Counted from the first letter of the stretch, positions 19,076 through 28,249 are shown. The stretch: 64,000 nt of DNA from Candidatus Moraniibacteriota bacterium (GCA_013334575.1 JAAXXG010000001.1:41280-105279), one strand, 5' to 3'. Numbers and translations: made by a program. The notes: generated from the sequence alone by a model not told the origin.

Positions 19076-20107
19076 ATGAAGTTCGGTTTGGAGCGCCGGT
19101 CCAAGAAGTCGGAAGCCGAGGGAGCGCGGAAGACGAAGTTCGAAAAGCCGCTTACCTATCTCCTATCCGGCATGATGCTTGTCGGCGGCGCACACGGTGC
19201 CTCGAAGATGGCGGAAAAACAGGCCGAAGCGCAGCGCGAGAAGCAGCGGAAGGAGCTTGTACAGCGGCACGAGCGCGAGATGCGCGCCCGGGAATCGGAT
19301 CGCGAACGCCTTACTAAGCTTGCCTCCGAAAGGAATCCAATAGCCGAACAGTTTGATTTCGACCGGGCGCATACGGATATCAGGGCAGAGACCGTGCGAG
19401 CCGCCGCTGAACATTGGTATGCGCGGAACATGGAAGGCGATTTTAGGGAAAAATTCTCGGGGGCGGCCGAGAAACTCGAGCGGCATTGGTCGGAGATAGG
19501 GGTGAACTTCGAACGGAACGACGTTCCGACGGAGTTCGCTACGCTTGCCATACAGGAAAGCTATCTGGAAGATACGAAGGATGGGAAGACCTACGGGGCG
19601 TATCAGTTGACGAAGATGAACGTGAATCGGTTTCATGTTCGCGACACGCATAGTCTTCGTGAGACATCGCGCGGTGCCGCCGAACTAATCGCGTCGATCG
19701 GACAGGAGATGCACAATCGTGGCATCGAAGAGCCTGCCTTTGTCACGCTCGCGTATAATGGTACGTTTGCGGTGCCATTTTTACTCAAGTGGAAGAAGAA
19801 TCATCCTGATCATCAGCCGACCATTGATGATTTCTGTCGATACATGAGCGACAGGGTGAATGCTGAGCGTGCACGTATCATCCGAGAGTATGGTCGTGGG
19901 AAAGATGCTCGTGAGCGATTTCACGATGCGGTCTACCCTATGCAGATAAATATCGATTATCTCGCGAAGTTTGAGGGAACGCTCCGGACGATCAAGAAGA
20001 TGCAGGATGACAATCGGATCCATGTCACGATGGTCGGACATTCCGATCCTTCGACGCTGGTCGCACAGGGGTCCGAGAAGTCCAATTCGGATAGGCGGGA
20101 GGGATAA
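19076..20107 (+). CDS. Hypothetical membrane-anchored protein with a possible SLT-like lytic transglycosylase motif
   Basis: N-terminal TM. AIQESYLEDTKDGKTYGAYQLTK resembles the SLT ES...GA.Q region. Charged coiled-coil linker. Confidence 0.3.
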   Translation: MKFGLERRSKKSEAEGARKTKFEKPLTYLLSGMMLVGGAHGASKMAEKQAEAQREKQRKELVQRHEREMRARESDRERLTKLASERNPIAEQFDFDRAHTDIRAETVRAAAEHWYARNMEGDFREKFSGAAEKLERHWSEIGVNFERNDVPTEFATLAIQESYLEDTKDGKTYGAYQLTKMNVNRFHVRDTHSLRETSRGAAELIASIGQEMHNRGIEEPAFVTLAYNGTFAVPFLLKWKKNHPDHQPTIDDFCRYMSDRVNAERARIIREYGRGKDARERFHDAVYPMQINIDYLAKFEGTLRTIKKMQDDNRIHVTMVGHSDPSTLVAQGSEKSNSDRREG

Positions 20108-20180
20108 GGGGAAGAGACACGATCTCAAAACCGAGGATGCGATACGCTTCCCTGATAGCATGGGGAATATTTTCCGGGGA

Positions 20181-20208
20181 TTGACGGAAGTCGATAATAC
20201 GCTATAAT
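20181..20208 (+). promoter_or_regulatory. sigma70-like promoter TTGACG-16-TATAAT
   Basis: ttgacg at 20181-86 and tataat at 20203-08. Confidence 0.55.
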
Positions 20209-20234
20209 GCGATGTTTTCGTTAAAACATCGCAT
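20207..20234 (+). promoter_or_regulatory. Perfect 12-bp inverted repeat (ATGCGATGTTTT-cgtt-AAAACATCGCAT) overlapping the -10 and predicted +1: operator-like
   Basis: Read directly from the sequence. It lies between the TATAAT box and the ATG of 20275. Confidence 0.5.
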
Positions 20235-20274
20235 ATTTCAAAACGGGAGGAAACTCCCACGAACCGTTATCATC

Positions 20275-20838
20275 ATGAAAAAACTCACCCGTTTACTGTT
20301 CCTTTGCGCAGTCGTTTTTGCGCTTATCCACTCGTCGCTTTCGGCGAAGGAGAGGTCATGCCTTTGGAAAGAAGTTTTTGTTCCGCTGGATACGGCATGC
20401 TCAAGAAACGATGATATCTATGTAAAATTATCCGGGAAGTTCAGAGTGCTTGATGTGGATCGGAACGGGGCTAGAATGCTCGCTCATGGAGAAGCCGCAC
20501 CAGACTTCGCAGGGCTTGAAGATGACATTTGTAAAAAAAACCAGCAATCGACCTATCCGGTGATGATCTACTGCCATCCGATGCGCATAATCACGAAAAC
20601 GGAGGAGACAAAAATCATCAGCAATTTCAAGCAGCAATTTCCGGGAAAACAAGGATACCTGATATTCTTTATCGGTCAGGAACAGGGTGGTTGTCTTATG
20701 ACAGCGTCAAGCGATGATGAATTGCGGCTTATGAGTGCCGAACTGGATCGCATCGTTTCACGTGCAGGAGCTACTAGGGATGGTAGCGGACGCTGGAATT
20801 GTATAAGGCCGCACATGTTGCCGAACGCAATCCTCTAA
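20275..20838 (+). CDS. Secreted hypothetical protein (Sec signal peptide), AT-richer composition
   Basis: MKKLTRLLFLCAVVFALIHSSLSA. No recognisable domain. Several Cys residues. Confidence 0.5.
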   Translation: MKKLTRLLFLCAVVFALIHSSLSAKERSCLWKEVFVPLDTACSRNDDIYVKLSGKFRVLDVDRNGARMLAHGEAAPDFAGLEDDICKKNQQSTYPVMIYCHPMRIITKTEETKIISNFKQQFPGKQGYLIFFIGQEQGGCLMTASSDDELRLMSAELDRIVSRAGATRDGSGRWNCIRPHMLPNAIL

Positions 20839-20858
20839 ACATAAGCGGTTGATTATTG

Positions 20859-20892
20859 AAAGCTCCCGGACAGAGATTCGGGAGCTTTTTTC
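20859..20892 (+). terminator. Intrinsic terminator
   Basis: aagctcccg gacagagatt cgggagctt followed by ttttt. Confidence 0.7.
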
Positions 20893-20925
20893 GGCGGCTT
20901 CGTTTCTGTGGGTCGTGCAGGGCTC
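20889..20925. repeat. 37-bp direct repeat, copy A: the last 17 nt of tRNA-Lys (3' T-arm/acceptor) plus 20 nt of 3' flank
   Basis: tttcggcggcttcgtttctgtgggtcgtgcagggctc is identical at 21067..21103. Confidence 0.8.
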
Positions 20926-21066
20926 TCCCTCACCTCTCGTCGCGCCGTCGCGCGACTCGGGCTGGGCACCACCTCGCGGTTTTGTCCTCTGACAAAACCC
21001 GCTCCGGCGTTCTCGCCCTGAGGAAGCGGAATCGTCCGCTTCCTTACGACCCAAACGAAAACCGCC

Positions 21067-21103
21067 TTTCGGCGGCTTCGTTTCTGTGGGTCGTGCAGGG
21101 CTC
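21067..21103. repeat. 37-bp direct repeat, copy B (overlaps the 3' end of the intact tRNA-Lys)
   Basis: Identical to 20889..20925. Confidence 0.8.
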
Positions 21104-21159
21104 GAACCTGCGACCGTTGGCTTAAAAGGCCACTGCTCTACCAGCTGAGCTAACGACCC
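21087..21159 (-). tRNA. tRNA-Lys (anticodon TTT)
   Basis: Reverse complement is GGGTCGTTAGCTCAGCTGGTAGAGCAGTGGCCTTTTAAGCCAACGGTCGCAGGTTCGAGCCCTGCACGACCCA. All four stems pair. Confidence 0.9.
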
Positions 21160-21321
21160 GGAATATGCCGATCCCGATCTTTCATTTTATTTCCGGTGCC
21201 ATTGTCGTCTAGGGCTCGGTCACGGATATCTTTCACGCCGTCGCATGAAAGATTCCTCGACCCCGGCTCGCTGTCCGGTCTGCTGACCAAACGACGCTCC
21301 GCCTTTCGAATCCTGACGGAT

Positions 21322-21379
21322 TCGAACCTGCGACCGTTGGCTTAAAAGGCCACTGCTCTGCCAGCTGAGCCAACGACCC
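21322..21379 (-). pseudogene. Truncated tRNA-Lys: 5' fragment covering positions 1-58, with the 3' T-stem/acceptor replaced
   Basis: 58 nt match the intact gene apart from two D-arm substitutions. The 3' T-stem and acceptor cannot pair (CCGTC / AGGATTC). The fragment is followed by an 8-bp perfect hairpin, tcgaatcc-tgac-ggattcga. Confidence 0.7.
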
Positions 21380-21499
21380 GGAAACATGGCAAGTATATAC
21401 TTGCTCTTACAAGGCGTCAATCAGTCGCTTTTCGGGCATCGGTCCTTCTGATATACTGATTCCGTGCCGGAAACGGCCGAAAATAACCATCGGACCAAT

Positions 21500-22618
21500 A
21501 TGAAACGGGCCGCGTTGTTGGGAATACCTCTGTTGGCATTGATGCTTTCCGGCTGTTCATCGTCTCAGACTCCTTCGGACGGCCAGAAGTCGCTCATTCC
21601 GGAAGGCCTCGTTTCCAAGAATGAGAAGGGAAGTGTCTGGAAGAGCGACGACGGAGGAGAGAGCTTTCATGTGAGTTCGACCGTCGACGCGACGAGGTCG
21701 ATCGACAAGGCGGATATTCTGTCGATCAGTTTTCATCCGACGAAGCCGATGTCGGTCATCCTGGGGACGGTCAACGACGGAGTCTTCAAGACCGAGGATG
21801 GCGGCGATACCTGGATGCCGATAGCCTTTCCCCCGAAACGGATTTACAGTTTCATCATCGACCGCAAGGACCCGGACAACCGCATGTTCGTCTCCGGTGT
21901 CGTGAACGGGCACGGAAAGATTTTCCGGACGGACGATGACGGGACCGCGTGGCACGAGGTGTATTCGGAGCCGGGCGAGAACACGTTCATTTCCTCGCTC
22001 GCGCAGGATCCGTTCGATGCCGCCGTCATCTATGCCGGAACGAGCGCCGGGACGCTGCTGAAGTCCGGGGACGCCGGGGCCACCTGGGGAAACGTAAGCG
22101 TGCCGGATACCGGAACCGGGATCGTGGCCGACATCGTCTTCGATCCGAAGAGGCGCGGATCCGTCTCGTTCCTTTCCTATACGAACAAGATGTTCCATTC
22201 CGACGATGGCGGGGTTACGTGGATAGACTGGGATCAGGTGCGACGGAACGACCGATCGCTCGAGAATCAGCAGGCGCCGAATCAGATGCTTACGCTGGTT
22301 GCCGATCCGTCGGTCTCCGGGACGTTGTATGCCGGGACCGGATCCTCCGGTATGTACCGGACGACGGATAACGGACGTACCTGGACCAAGATAAACATCA
22401 TCGAGAGTGCGGAGAAGTTCCCGATCAAATCGATAGCCGTGGACCCGAAGGATCCGCGTCGGATCGTATTCGTTGCGGGAAAGGCCTTTTACCGCTCGAC
22501 GGACGGCGGATCCACCTGGTCCGTCACGGCGCTCAACTCGGATCGCTCCGCGTCGGTCGCCGCATATGACCCGTTCGACTCCCGGTTCGTGTTCGTAGGC
22601 CTGAGGAGTTCGCAGTAA
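21500..22618 (+). CDS. Lipoprotein with BNR/Asp-box repeat beta-propeller (sialidase/Ycf48-like fold)
   Basis: MKRAALLGIPLLALMLSGC lipobox. Seven S/T-x-D-G-G-x-T-W repeats (SDDGGESF, TEDGGDTW, TDDDGTAW, SGDAGATW, SDDGGVTW, TTDNGRTW, STDGGSTW). Confidence 0.6.
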   Translation: MKRAALLGIPLLALMLSGCSSSQTPSDGQKSLIPEGLVSKNEKGSVWKSDDGGESFHVSSTVDATRSIDKADILSISFHPTKPMSVILGTVNDGVFKTEDGGDTWMPIAFPPKRIYSFIIDRKDPDNRMFVSGVVNGHGKIFRTDDDGTAWHEVYSEPGENTFISSLAQDPFDAAVIYAGTSAGTLLKSGDAGATWGNVSVPDTGTGIVADIVFDPKRRGSVSFLSYTNKMFHSDDGGVTWIDWDQVRRNDRSLENQQAPNQMLTLVADPSVSGTLYAGTGSSGMYRTTDNGRTWTKINIIESAEKFPIKSIAVDPKDPRRIVFVAGKAFYRSTDGGSTWSVTALNSDRSASVAAYDPFDSRFVFVGLRSSQ

Positions 22619-22645
22619 CGTATTAAGCAGGGAAATCGAAGGCAT

Positions 22646-23209
22646 ATGAGCTTGATCAAGGACATACTCGAGGGCGGCGGCGGACGTTTCGGTGCGGCGG
22701 TGGAACATTTTCGGTCGGAAGCGGCGAAGCTTCGTACCGGACGGGCTCACCCGTCGCTGGTGGAAGACCTGCTGGTCGACTATTACGGTACGAAGACTCC
22801 CGTGAAACAGCTTGCGAGCGTTTCGGTTCCGGAATCCCGGACGATCCTGATCCAGCCGTGGGACATCTCCGGACTGCAGGCCGTGGCGGACGCGATACGC
22901 GTATCCGATCTCGGTCTCAATCCGGCGGACGACGGTCGCGTCATCAGGTTGTCGTTGCCGGCTCTCACGGAAGACCGTCGCAAGGAGCTTGTCAGGACGC
23001 TGAACGCCCGAATGGAAGACGCCCGCGTCTCCATCCGCACTACCCGCGAGGAACTGTGGAAGGAGATCCAGCAATACGAGAAGGAAGGTTTGATCGGGGA
23101 AGACGAGAAGTTTTCCGGCAAGGACGAGCTGCAGAAGGAGGTCGACCGCTTCAACGCGGAGCTTGAATCGGTCCGGAGAAAGAAAGAGGAGGAGATCATG
23201 ACGGTCTGA
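22646..23209 (+). CDS. frr: Ribosome recycling factor
   Basis: Full-length RRF (187 aa). Confidence 0.9.
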   Translation: MSLIKDILEGGGGRFGAAVEHFRSEAAKLRTGRAHPSLVEDLLVDYYGTKTPVKQLASVSVPESRTILIQPWDISGLQAVADAIRVSDLGLNPADDGRVIRLSLPALTEDRRKELVRTLNARMEDARVSIRTTREELWKEIQQYEKEGLIGEDEKFSGKDELQKEVDRFNAELESVRRKKEEEIMTV

Positions 23210-23227
23210 TAACGTAACCGCACGACC

Positions 23228-24385
23228 ATGACCATCGGCACGCTCGTTATCTTCATCGTGATGCTCGGCGTACTCGTGCTTGTGCACGAGTACGGGCACT
23301 ACTTCGTCGCCGTTCGGAGCGGCATCAGGGCCGAAGAGTTCGGTTTCGGATTCCCGCCGCGACTCGTCGGCTTTTATCGCAAGCGCGGTTCCGGGAAGTG
23401 GGGCGTGGTCCTGGGGGAGCGGGAGGCGGAAACGGACGGCACGGTATGGTCCCTTAACTGGATACCGTTCGGCGGGTTCGTGCGCATGAAGGGCGAGGAC
23501 GAAAACGCGCGACGCGATCGGGACAGCTTCGCCTCCAAAGGCGTATGGACGCGCGTGGCCGTGCTGTCGGCCGGAGTCGTCATGAATTTCCTGCTTGCGT
23601 GGGCGATCGTTTCCGCGCTCTACGTCGTAGGCGTCCCTCGCACGGTCACCGACGAGACACGGGCGAACGCTTCGGACGTGTCGGTGATGATCATGTCGGT
23701 CGCGAAATCGTCTCCGGCGGAGGAGATGGGCCTGCGCCCCGGAGACCGGATCGTCGCGATAGAAGGAGAGTCCGTTTCGGGACTGACCGAGGCGAAGCAG
23801 GCGATCGATTCCCGGCGCGGGACGGAGACTGTGATCTCGATCGACCGTTCCGGGACGAGGATGGATCTTCACGGGACTCCGCGCTCGGTGACGCCGGAGA
23901 ACGAAGGCGCGCTCGGTATCGCGTTCGCGGAGATGGGTATCGTACGGTATCCGTGGTACGAGGCGCCGTTCCGCGGAGCGGTCGCGACATGGAACGCGTC
24001 GGTATCGGTCGCATCGGCCCTGTTCGAGATCGTCCGCGGAATCGTTCTCGGACGTTCCGGTGCCGGCGATGTCACCGGCCCGATCGGCATCGTCTATGCG
24101 ACACGGGAGGTGGCGGATCTGGGCCCCGCGTATCTGTTGCAGTTCGCCGCCATCCTTTCCATCAACCTTGCTATCTTCAATATCCTGCCGATTCCGGCAC
24201 TCGACGGGGGTCGGATCCTGTTCGTCCTTATCGAGAAGTTCAAGGGGGCGCCGGTCCGGGAAATCGTCGAACAGCGGTTTCACCAGATAGGATTCCTGCT
24301 GCTGTTGCTGCTGATGTTGGCGGTGACCGTCAGGGACGTCGCCCAGTTTCGGATACTCGAGAAGGTCTGGCAGCTGATTACGTAG
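23228..24385 (+). CDS. rseP: RIP metalloprotease RseP (site-2 protease)
   Basis: HEYGHY HExxH motif in TM1, a PDZ domain, and the C-terminal LDGG motif region. Confidence 0.85.
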   Translation: MTIGTLVIFIVMLGVLVLVHEYGHYFVAVRSGIRAEEFGFGFPPRLVGFYRKRGSGKWGVVLGEREAETDGTVWSLNWIPFGGFVRMKGEDENARRDRDSFASKGVWTRVAVLSAGVVMNFLLAWAIVSALYVVGVPRTVTDETRANASDVSVMIMSVAKSSPAEEMGLRPGDRIVAIEGESVSGLTEAKQAIDSRRGTETVISIDRSGTRMDLHGTPRSVTPENEGALGIAFAEMGIVRYPWYEAPFRGAVATWNASVSVASALFEIVRGIVLGRSGAGDVTGPIGIVYATREVADLGPAYLLQFAAILSINLAIFNILPIPALDGGRILFVLIEKFKGAPVREIVEQRFHQIGFLLLLLLMLAVTVRDVAQFRILEKVWQLIT

Positions 24386-24423
24386 TTCGAAAAGCCTTAT
24401 ATAAGGGATTATTTATTCCCATA

Positions 24424-24470
24424 CACCGCAGCGTCAGGCCGTATGCCGACGCTGCGATTCCTTTTGTGGG
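24424..24470 (+). terminator. Hairpin terminator after rseP
   Basis: cgcagcgtc aggccgtatgcc gacgctgcg followed by attccttttgtgg. Confidence 0.45.
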
Positions 24471-24499
24471 AATTACTCTGATTAAAAATCATTCGAATA

Positions 24500-24528
24500 T
24501 TGACAAAATGGCTTAGAAACGCTATTAT
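24500..24528 (+). promoter_or_regulatory. sigma70-like promoter TTGACA-17-TATTAT
   Basis: Read from the sequence. It precedes the gene at 24586. The 5'UTR carries two small hairpins. Confidence 0.5.
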
Positions 24529-24585
24529 ACCAGGTCGGATTTTCTCCGACTGATTCTCTTCGAAACGATTTCGAATCACAAGACT

Positions 24586-25218
24586 ATGGAACATTCGACA
24601 CTGCCCTTTGTTCTGCGCCGATGGCGAAAGGCCACTTTCGTCGGCGTTATGGTCGCCTCGCTGTCGTTCGTAGCCGTCTTCGTTTTCGGACCGGATTATT
24701 CCGTCCGGACGGACTATCTTGTCAGTCAGGATGGTGCCATGACCAAGGACTATTATTCGTTGACCCGTTCGGCGGAGTATATGAGCCGTATCCTTACGGA
24801 GGTGACGGGGAGCGAGCGTTTTATCGACGCGGTCATCGAGACCGGGAAGGTCGGGCAGGATTTTCTTCCTTCCGATAAGCGCGAACGACTCGCTTCGTGG
24901 AGGAGGATGGTCAGGATCGACAAGAAGCTCGACCTCGGCATTATCGGCGTTACGGTATCCGCCGACGACATGAAGTCGGCACAGAAGGTGTCGCTCGCGA
25001 TTTCGCAGGTCTTTACCGAGCGTAACGGCCGGTTTCTCGGCGGCGGGGATGCGAACGTCCCGGTCACGATCCTCTCCGGCCCGATAACGGAACGGAATCC
25101 TTCCGCAATACGGATCGCTATCGCCGTCCTGGGCGGATTCGCCGTAGGCTTTTTCGGATACCTGCTGCGCTCGTTCGTCGCCTCCATGTTCCGCGAGACG
25201 AAGGATCACGTTTCCTGA
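24586..25218 (+). CDS. Hypothetical bitopic membrane protein (TM, ~140-aa extracytoplasmic loop, TM), Wzz/CapA-like topology
   Basis: Annotation is from topology only. TM1 is FVGVMVASLSFVAVFVFG and TM2 is AIAVLGGFAVGFFGYLL. Confidence 0.3.
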   Translation: MEHSTLPFVLRRWRKATFVGVMVASLSFVAVFVFGPDYSVRTDYLVSQDGAMTKDYYSLTRSAEYMSRILTEVTGSERFIDAVIETGKVGQDFLPSDKRERLASWRRMVRIDKKLDLGIIGVTVSADDMKSAQKVSLAISQVFTERNGRFLGGGDANVPVTILSGPITERNPSAIRIAIAVLGGFAVGFFGYLLRSFVASMFRETKDHVS

Positions 25219-25456
25219 TCGATCTTCTCATGCCGGGTCGGAGCGCATTCTACGATCCGGACGAGAGGACCGATACCATGATATCGACGATATCGCGGTA
25301 GGCGATCCTCACGAGTTTGTTTACAATTCCATGACAGTCATGGTTCCGCCCGACCGGTGTCGGGATACGTGCATACCATCGCGCCACCGCGCGTCCATAG
25401 ATCGAACGAGTGTAATGATCCGAAACAAGCAATAAACGAGAAGGAGGGCAGCAGCG

Positions 25457-26401
25457 ATGACAGCTCTGCAGACATACGTAAGAAGGCTTCTCGTCGCGAT
25501 GTTTCTCCTGCTTGGAGGATGTGCGACGGTCGAGTCGAATACCGTCACTCTCAAGGGTGACAAGGGGAACGCGACGGAGCGGGTCCGCCGGGATATGACG
25601 ATCGCGATCGACCCGGTCGCATTCGCCGGGATTCCGTATACGGACGATATCAGGAACGGGAACTTCGTCGCCCTGTTGGCGACGTTTCCCCGTTCGGACG
25701 TTGCGTATTCGGAGTACCACTATTTCCGCGTGTCGTACCCGTGCTATGCGGTCGACGCGTCGGGAAAGGTGTATCCGGCACACGCCGTGTTTTCGGGTTA
25801 CGTCGGTGCTCGGCTGAGCGCGACCGTGATCGTCGAGGGCACGCGAACCGTTCCGGAGGATCTCCACATTATCTGGTTGTCTACCAGGGTGCGGAAAGCC
25901 TTCACGCTGGATGGGCCGGAAACGACGGAACCGCTCGATGAAAAGGTGTTCCGGGAGTCCGCATCGTATCGCCAGTCGTTCACGATGAACAACGGCTCGT
26001 CGGCACGGTCGCTCTCTCCCGTTAAAAGCGTGGATAAGGCGATCCGAAACTGGACGGTGTTCGAGACGAAGTCGGGCACGATCGTGTCACCGCTTTCCAT
26101 CGAACAGATACGCTTCCTGGCCCGGATCAACCCGATGTATTCCTTCAAGGAAAAGCTCATCGGGACCGGAAAGGGAGGCATCCAGATATCGTTCAATCCG
26201 ACGAACGACCTCATTATGAACGCCACGCAATTGGCGTTCAATATCGGGGTCGCCGCCGGTTCGAAGCCGATGGGACTCGACTACGAGTCGAACGTCTCGC
26301 GACTGGAGCTCGGTCGGAACACGCTGGTGCTTGAGGGTCTCATGCGCCAGCAGCAGTTGAAATTCGAATTCTTCAAGCAACCAACAAAAGGAGGGCAGTA
26401 A
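25457..26401 (+). CDS. Hypothetical lipoprotein
   Basis: MFLLLGGCATVES lipobox. No recognisable domain. Confidence 0.4.
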   Translation: MTALQTYVRRLLVAMFLLLGGCATVESNTVTLKGDKGNATERVRRDMTIAIDPVAFAGIPYTDDIRNGNFVALLATFPRSDVAYSEYHYFRVSYPCYAVDASGKVYPAHAVFSGYVGARLSATVIVEGTRTVPEDLHIIWLSTRVRKAFTLDGPETTEPLDEKVFRESASYRQSFTMNNGSSARSLSPVKSVDKAIRNWTVFETKSGTIVSPLSIEQIRFLARINPMYSFKEKLIGTGKGGIQISFNPTNDLIMNATQLAFNIGVAAGSKPMGLDYESNVSRLELGRNTLVLEGLMRQQQLKFEFFKQPTKGGQ

Positions 26402-26403
26402 CC

Positions 26404-28071
26404 GTGAAACGGAACTGGCATCTTCCGGTACTCGTCGTCCTGCTGATCCTCTGCGGAGGGTTCGTGGATGCAGGTGCCGTGGCACGGGCACAGTATGTCG
26501 TCCGCAAGGGCGACGTCATGTCCCGGCTGTTCGGAGCCGGCTACCGCAAGGTGGCGGCCGCGAGCGGCATCAAGGATCCGAACAGGATCAAGGTAGGGCA
26601 GAAGCTTACCATTCCCGACGGAGTCCGTTTCCGAAAGGAAACAGCCTCGTCCGGGAAATATGGCTTCGCGCTCAAGACGATCAACGGTGACTTCCGGTGG
26701 AAGAGCGGAAGGGATAAGTTGTCCGCGTTCCCGTCGAAAGGGTCATCTGCGATCAGGCTGCTCATGCCCGATCTCTCGGCAGTCGAGGCGAAAGTTCTCT
26801 GGGATCGGCTCTGCGCCGTCCCGACGAACGGCCGTTTCGAGAAAGGGGAGAACGGAGTCTTGTCCGCCGTGCTGGATGACAGCACCAAGACGAGACTCGA
26901 CCTGTCGAACGGCATGATGATCGGTGGTCGGAAAGCGATCCGTTTCACCGGAAATCTGAAGCTGGCGAAAGGTGATGCGTTGAAGACGGATCACCTGAGT
27001 GCGATCCGTGTCGGTGACCGATGGCTCATCCGTCCCGAGGTCTGTGGCAACCTGTTGCCCGGCCGCGGCGGCGAACGTCCTCCGGTCGTCGAGCCGCCCG
27101 TCGTACCATCAGTTCCGCCTGCCGCTCCGCCGTCTATCTCGGTGTTTCCGAACAAAGAGGGGTGTAACGCGGAATATGAACTCATCGTCGGTGCCGGTGT
27201 CTGGCAGAACGATCTTGCGAACGGGAGTTTCCAGTTCGGCGAAGGTATGATCTCCTGCCAGGTCGGCAACGGCTATTCCGCCGGTGTCGGATTCTACGGC
27301 TACCATGGCGAGGGTGAAAACGGCGAGGGCTACAGCTGGGAAGAGGGCGGAATAGGACCGCAGGTCGGCGTCAAGAGGAACTTCCTCAAGTCGCATCTCG
27401 ACGAGTTCGGTCAGGAGGTATTGTATCCGGCCGGATGGCAGCTTAAGTTCCGCTATCTGCCAAACGACTATGTCGAGGGCGGGAGCGACAGCTACCATGT
27501 CAAGCAGTGGGGGCATAAGTACGGCCTCTACGGCGAATACTGGCAGCGCGAGTCGGAAAACAGGATCGTCGGCGTGACCGGCGAGTACTGGTGGTACGAC
27601 CCGACGCGGTTCACATCATCCTGGTGTGGTGACAGCCCTCAGGACCGGGGAACGTGGAAGCTTGGCGTATACGACCAGCGACGCCTGAACGACCGTTGGC
27701 AGCTCCGGCTCGGCGCGAGCTATCTTCACCAGAACTGGGACAAGGTGAACTTCTTACAGCTCACTCCCGAGTTCAGGCTTGATGAGACGCTCATGCTGAC
27801 GCCGTGGGTGTCCATACCGCTTATCAACGACGTGAACCATGCCGGTCCGACGAAGGGCTTTACGGTCCGCCTCGAGGTTTGGGGCAAGTTCCGAAAGGAC
27901 TTCGAGAAGCGTTCCGAGCAGTCGGTCGTCGAGCTTGGCAAAGTCGGGGAATCAACCGACGAGAAGCCGGCAGATCCGGAAACGGTCGTCGCGGCTCCTG
28001 AAAAGGAAGCCGAAAGTCCGGCGGAATCGGTCGAAACGCCTGAAGCCGTCGATATCTACCAGGGTCAGTAA
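26404..28071 (+). CDS. LysM domain surface protein with aromatic-rich beta-strand C-terminal domain and acidic tail
   Basis: GTG start. Signal peptide. LysM region YVVRKGDVMSRLF...IKVGQKLTIP. The C-terminal half has alternating W/Y/F. Acidic low-complexity end. Confidence 0.55.
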   Translation: MKRNWHLPVLVVLLILCGGFVDAGAVARAQYVVRKGDVMSRLFGAGYRKVAAASGIKDPNRIKVGQKLTIPDGVRFRKETASSGKYGFALKTINGDFRWKSGRDKLSAFPSKGSSAIRLLMPDLSAVEAKVLWDRLCAVPTNGRFEKGENGVLSAVLDDSTKTRLDLSNGMMIGGRKAIRFTGNLKLAKGDALKTDHLSAIRVGDRWLIRPEVCGNLLPGRGGERPPVVEPPVVPSVPPAAPPSISVFPNKEGCNAEYELIVGAGVWQNDLANGSFQFGEGMISCQVGNGYSAGVGFYGYHGEGENGEGYSWEEGGIGPQVGVKRNFLKSHLDEFGQEVLYPAGWQLKFRYLPNDYVEGGSDSYHVKQWGHKYGLYGEYWQRESENRIVGVTGEYWWYDPTRFTSSWCGDSPQDRGTWKLGVYDQRRLNDRWQLRLGASYLHQNWDKVNFLQLTPEFRLDETLMLTPWVSIPLINDVNHAGPTKGFTVRLEVWGKFRKDFEKRSEQSVVELGKVGESTDEKPADPETVVAAPEKEAESPAESVETPEAVDIYQGQ

Positions 28072-28249
28072 CATCTGATCCGAACGAAACGAAAGTTTCG
28101 CTCCGAAGGAGGATGCCGTACCGTGAAAAGGTGATGGCGTCCGTTCCGACGGAATGTCGAAAATTCCAAGAAGGGGATCCAACGAGATACCCCTTTTTGC
28201 GTTTTCGGAGTATATGGAACGACTCAAGGCTGACTTGAGGGATGGCCTC

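Noticed and set aside
20100-21400. Intact integrative element or prophage at the tRNA-Lys site
   Set aside because: No integrase, excisionase or phage genes are present. Only ~140 bp lies between repeat copies. Treated as a scar or remnant rather than an active mobile element.
21557-24283. 908-aa minus-strand ORF spanning the BNR lipoprotein, frr and rseP
   Set aside because: It is Arg/Pro/His-rich low-complexity translation lying antisense to three genes with unambiguous homology (frr, rseP). A shadow ORF caused by high GC.
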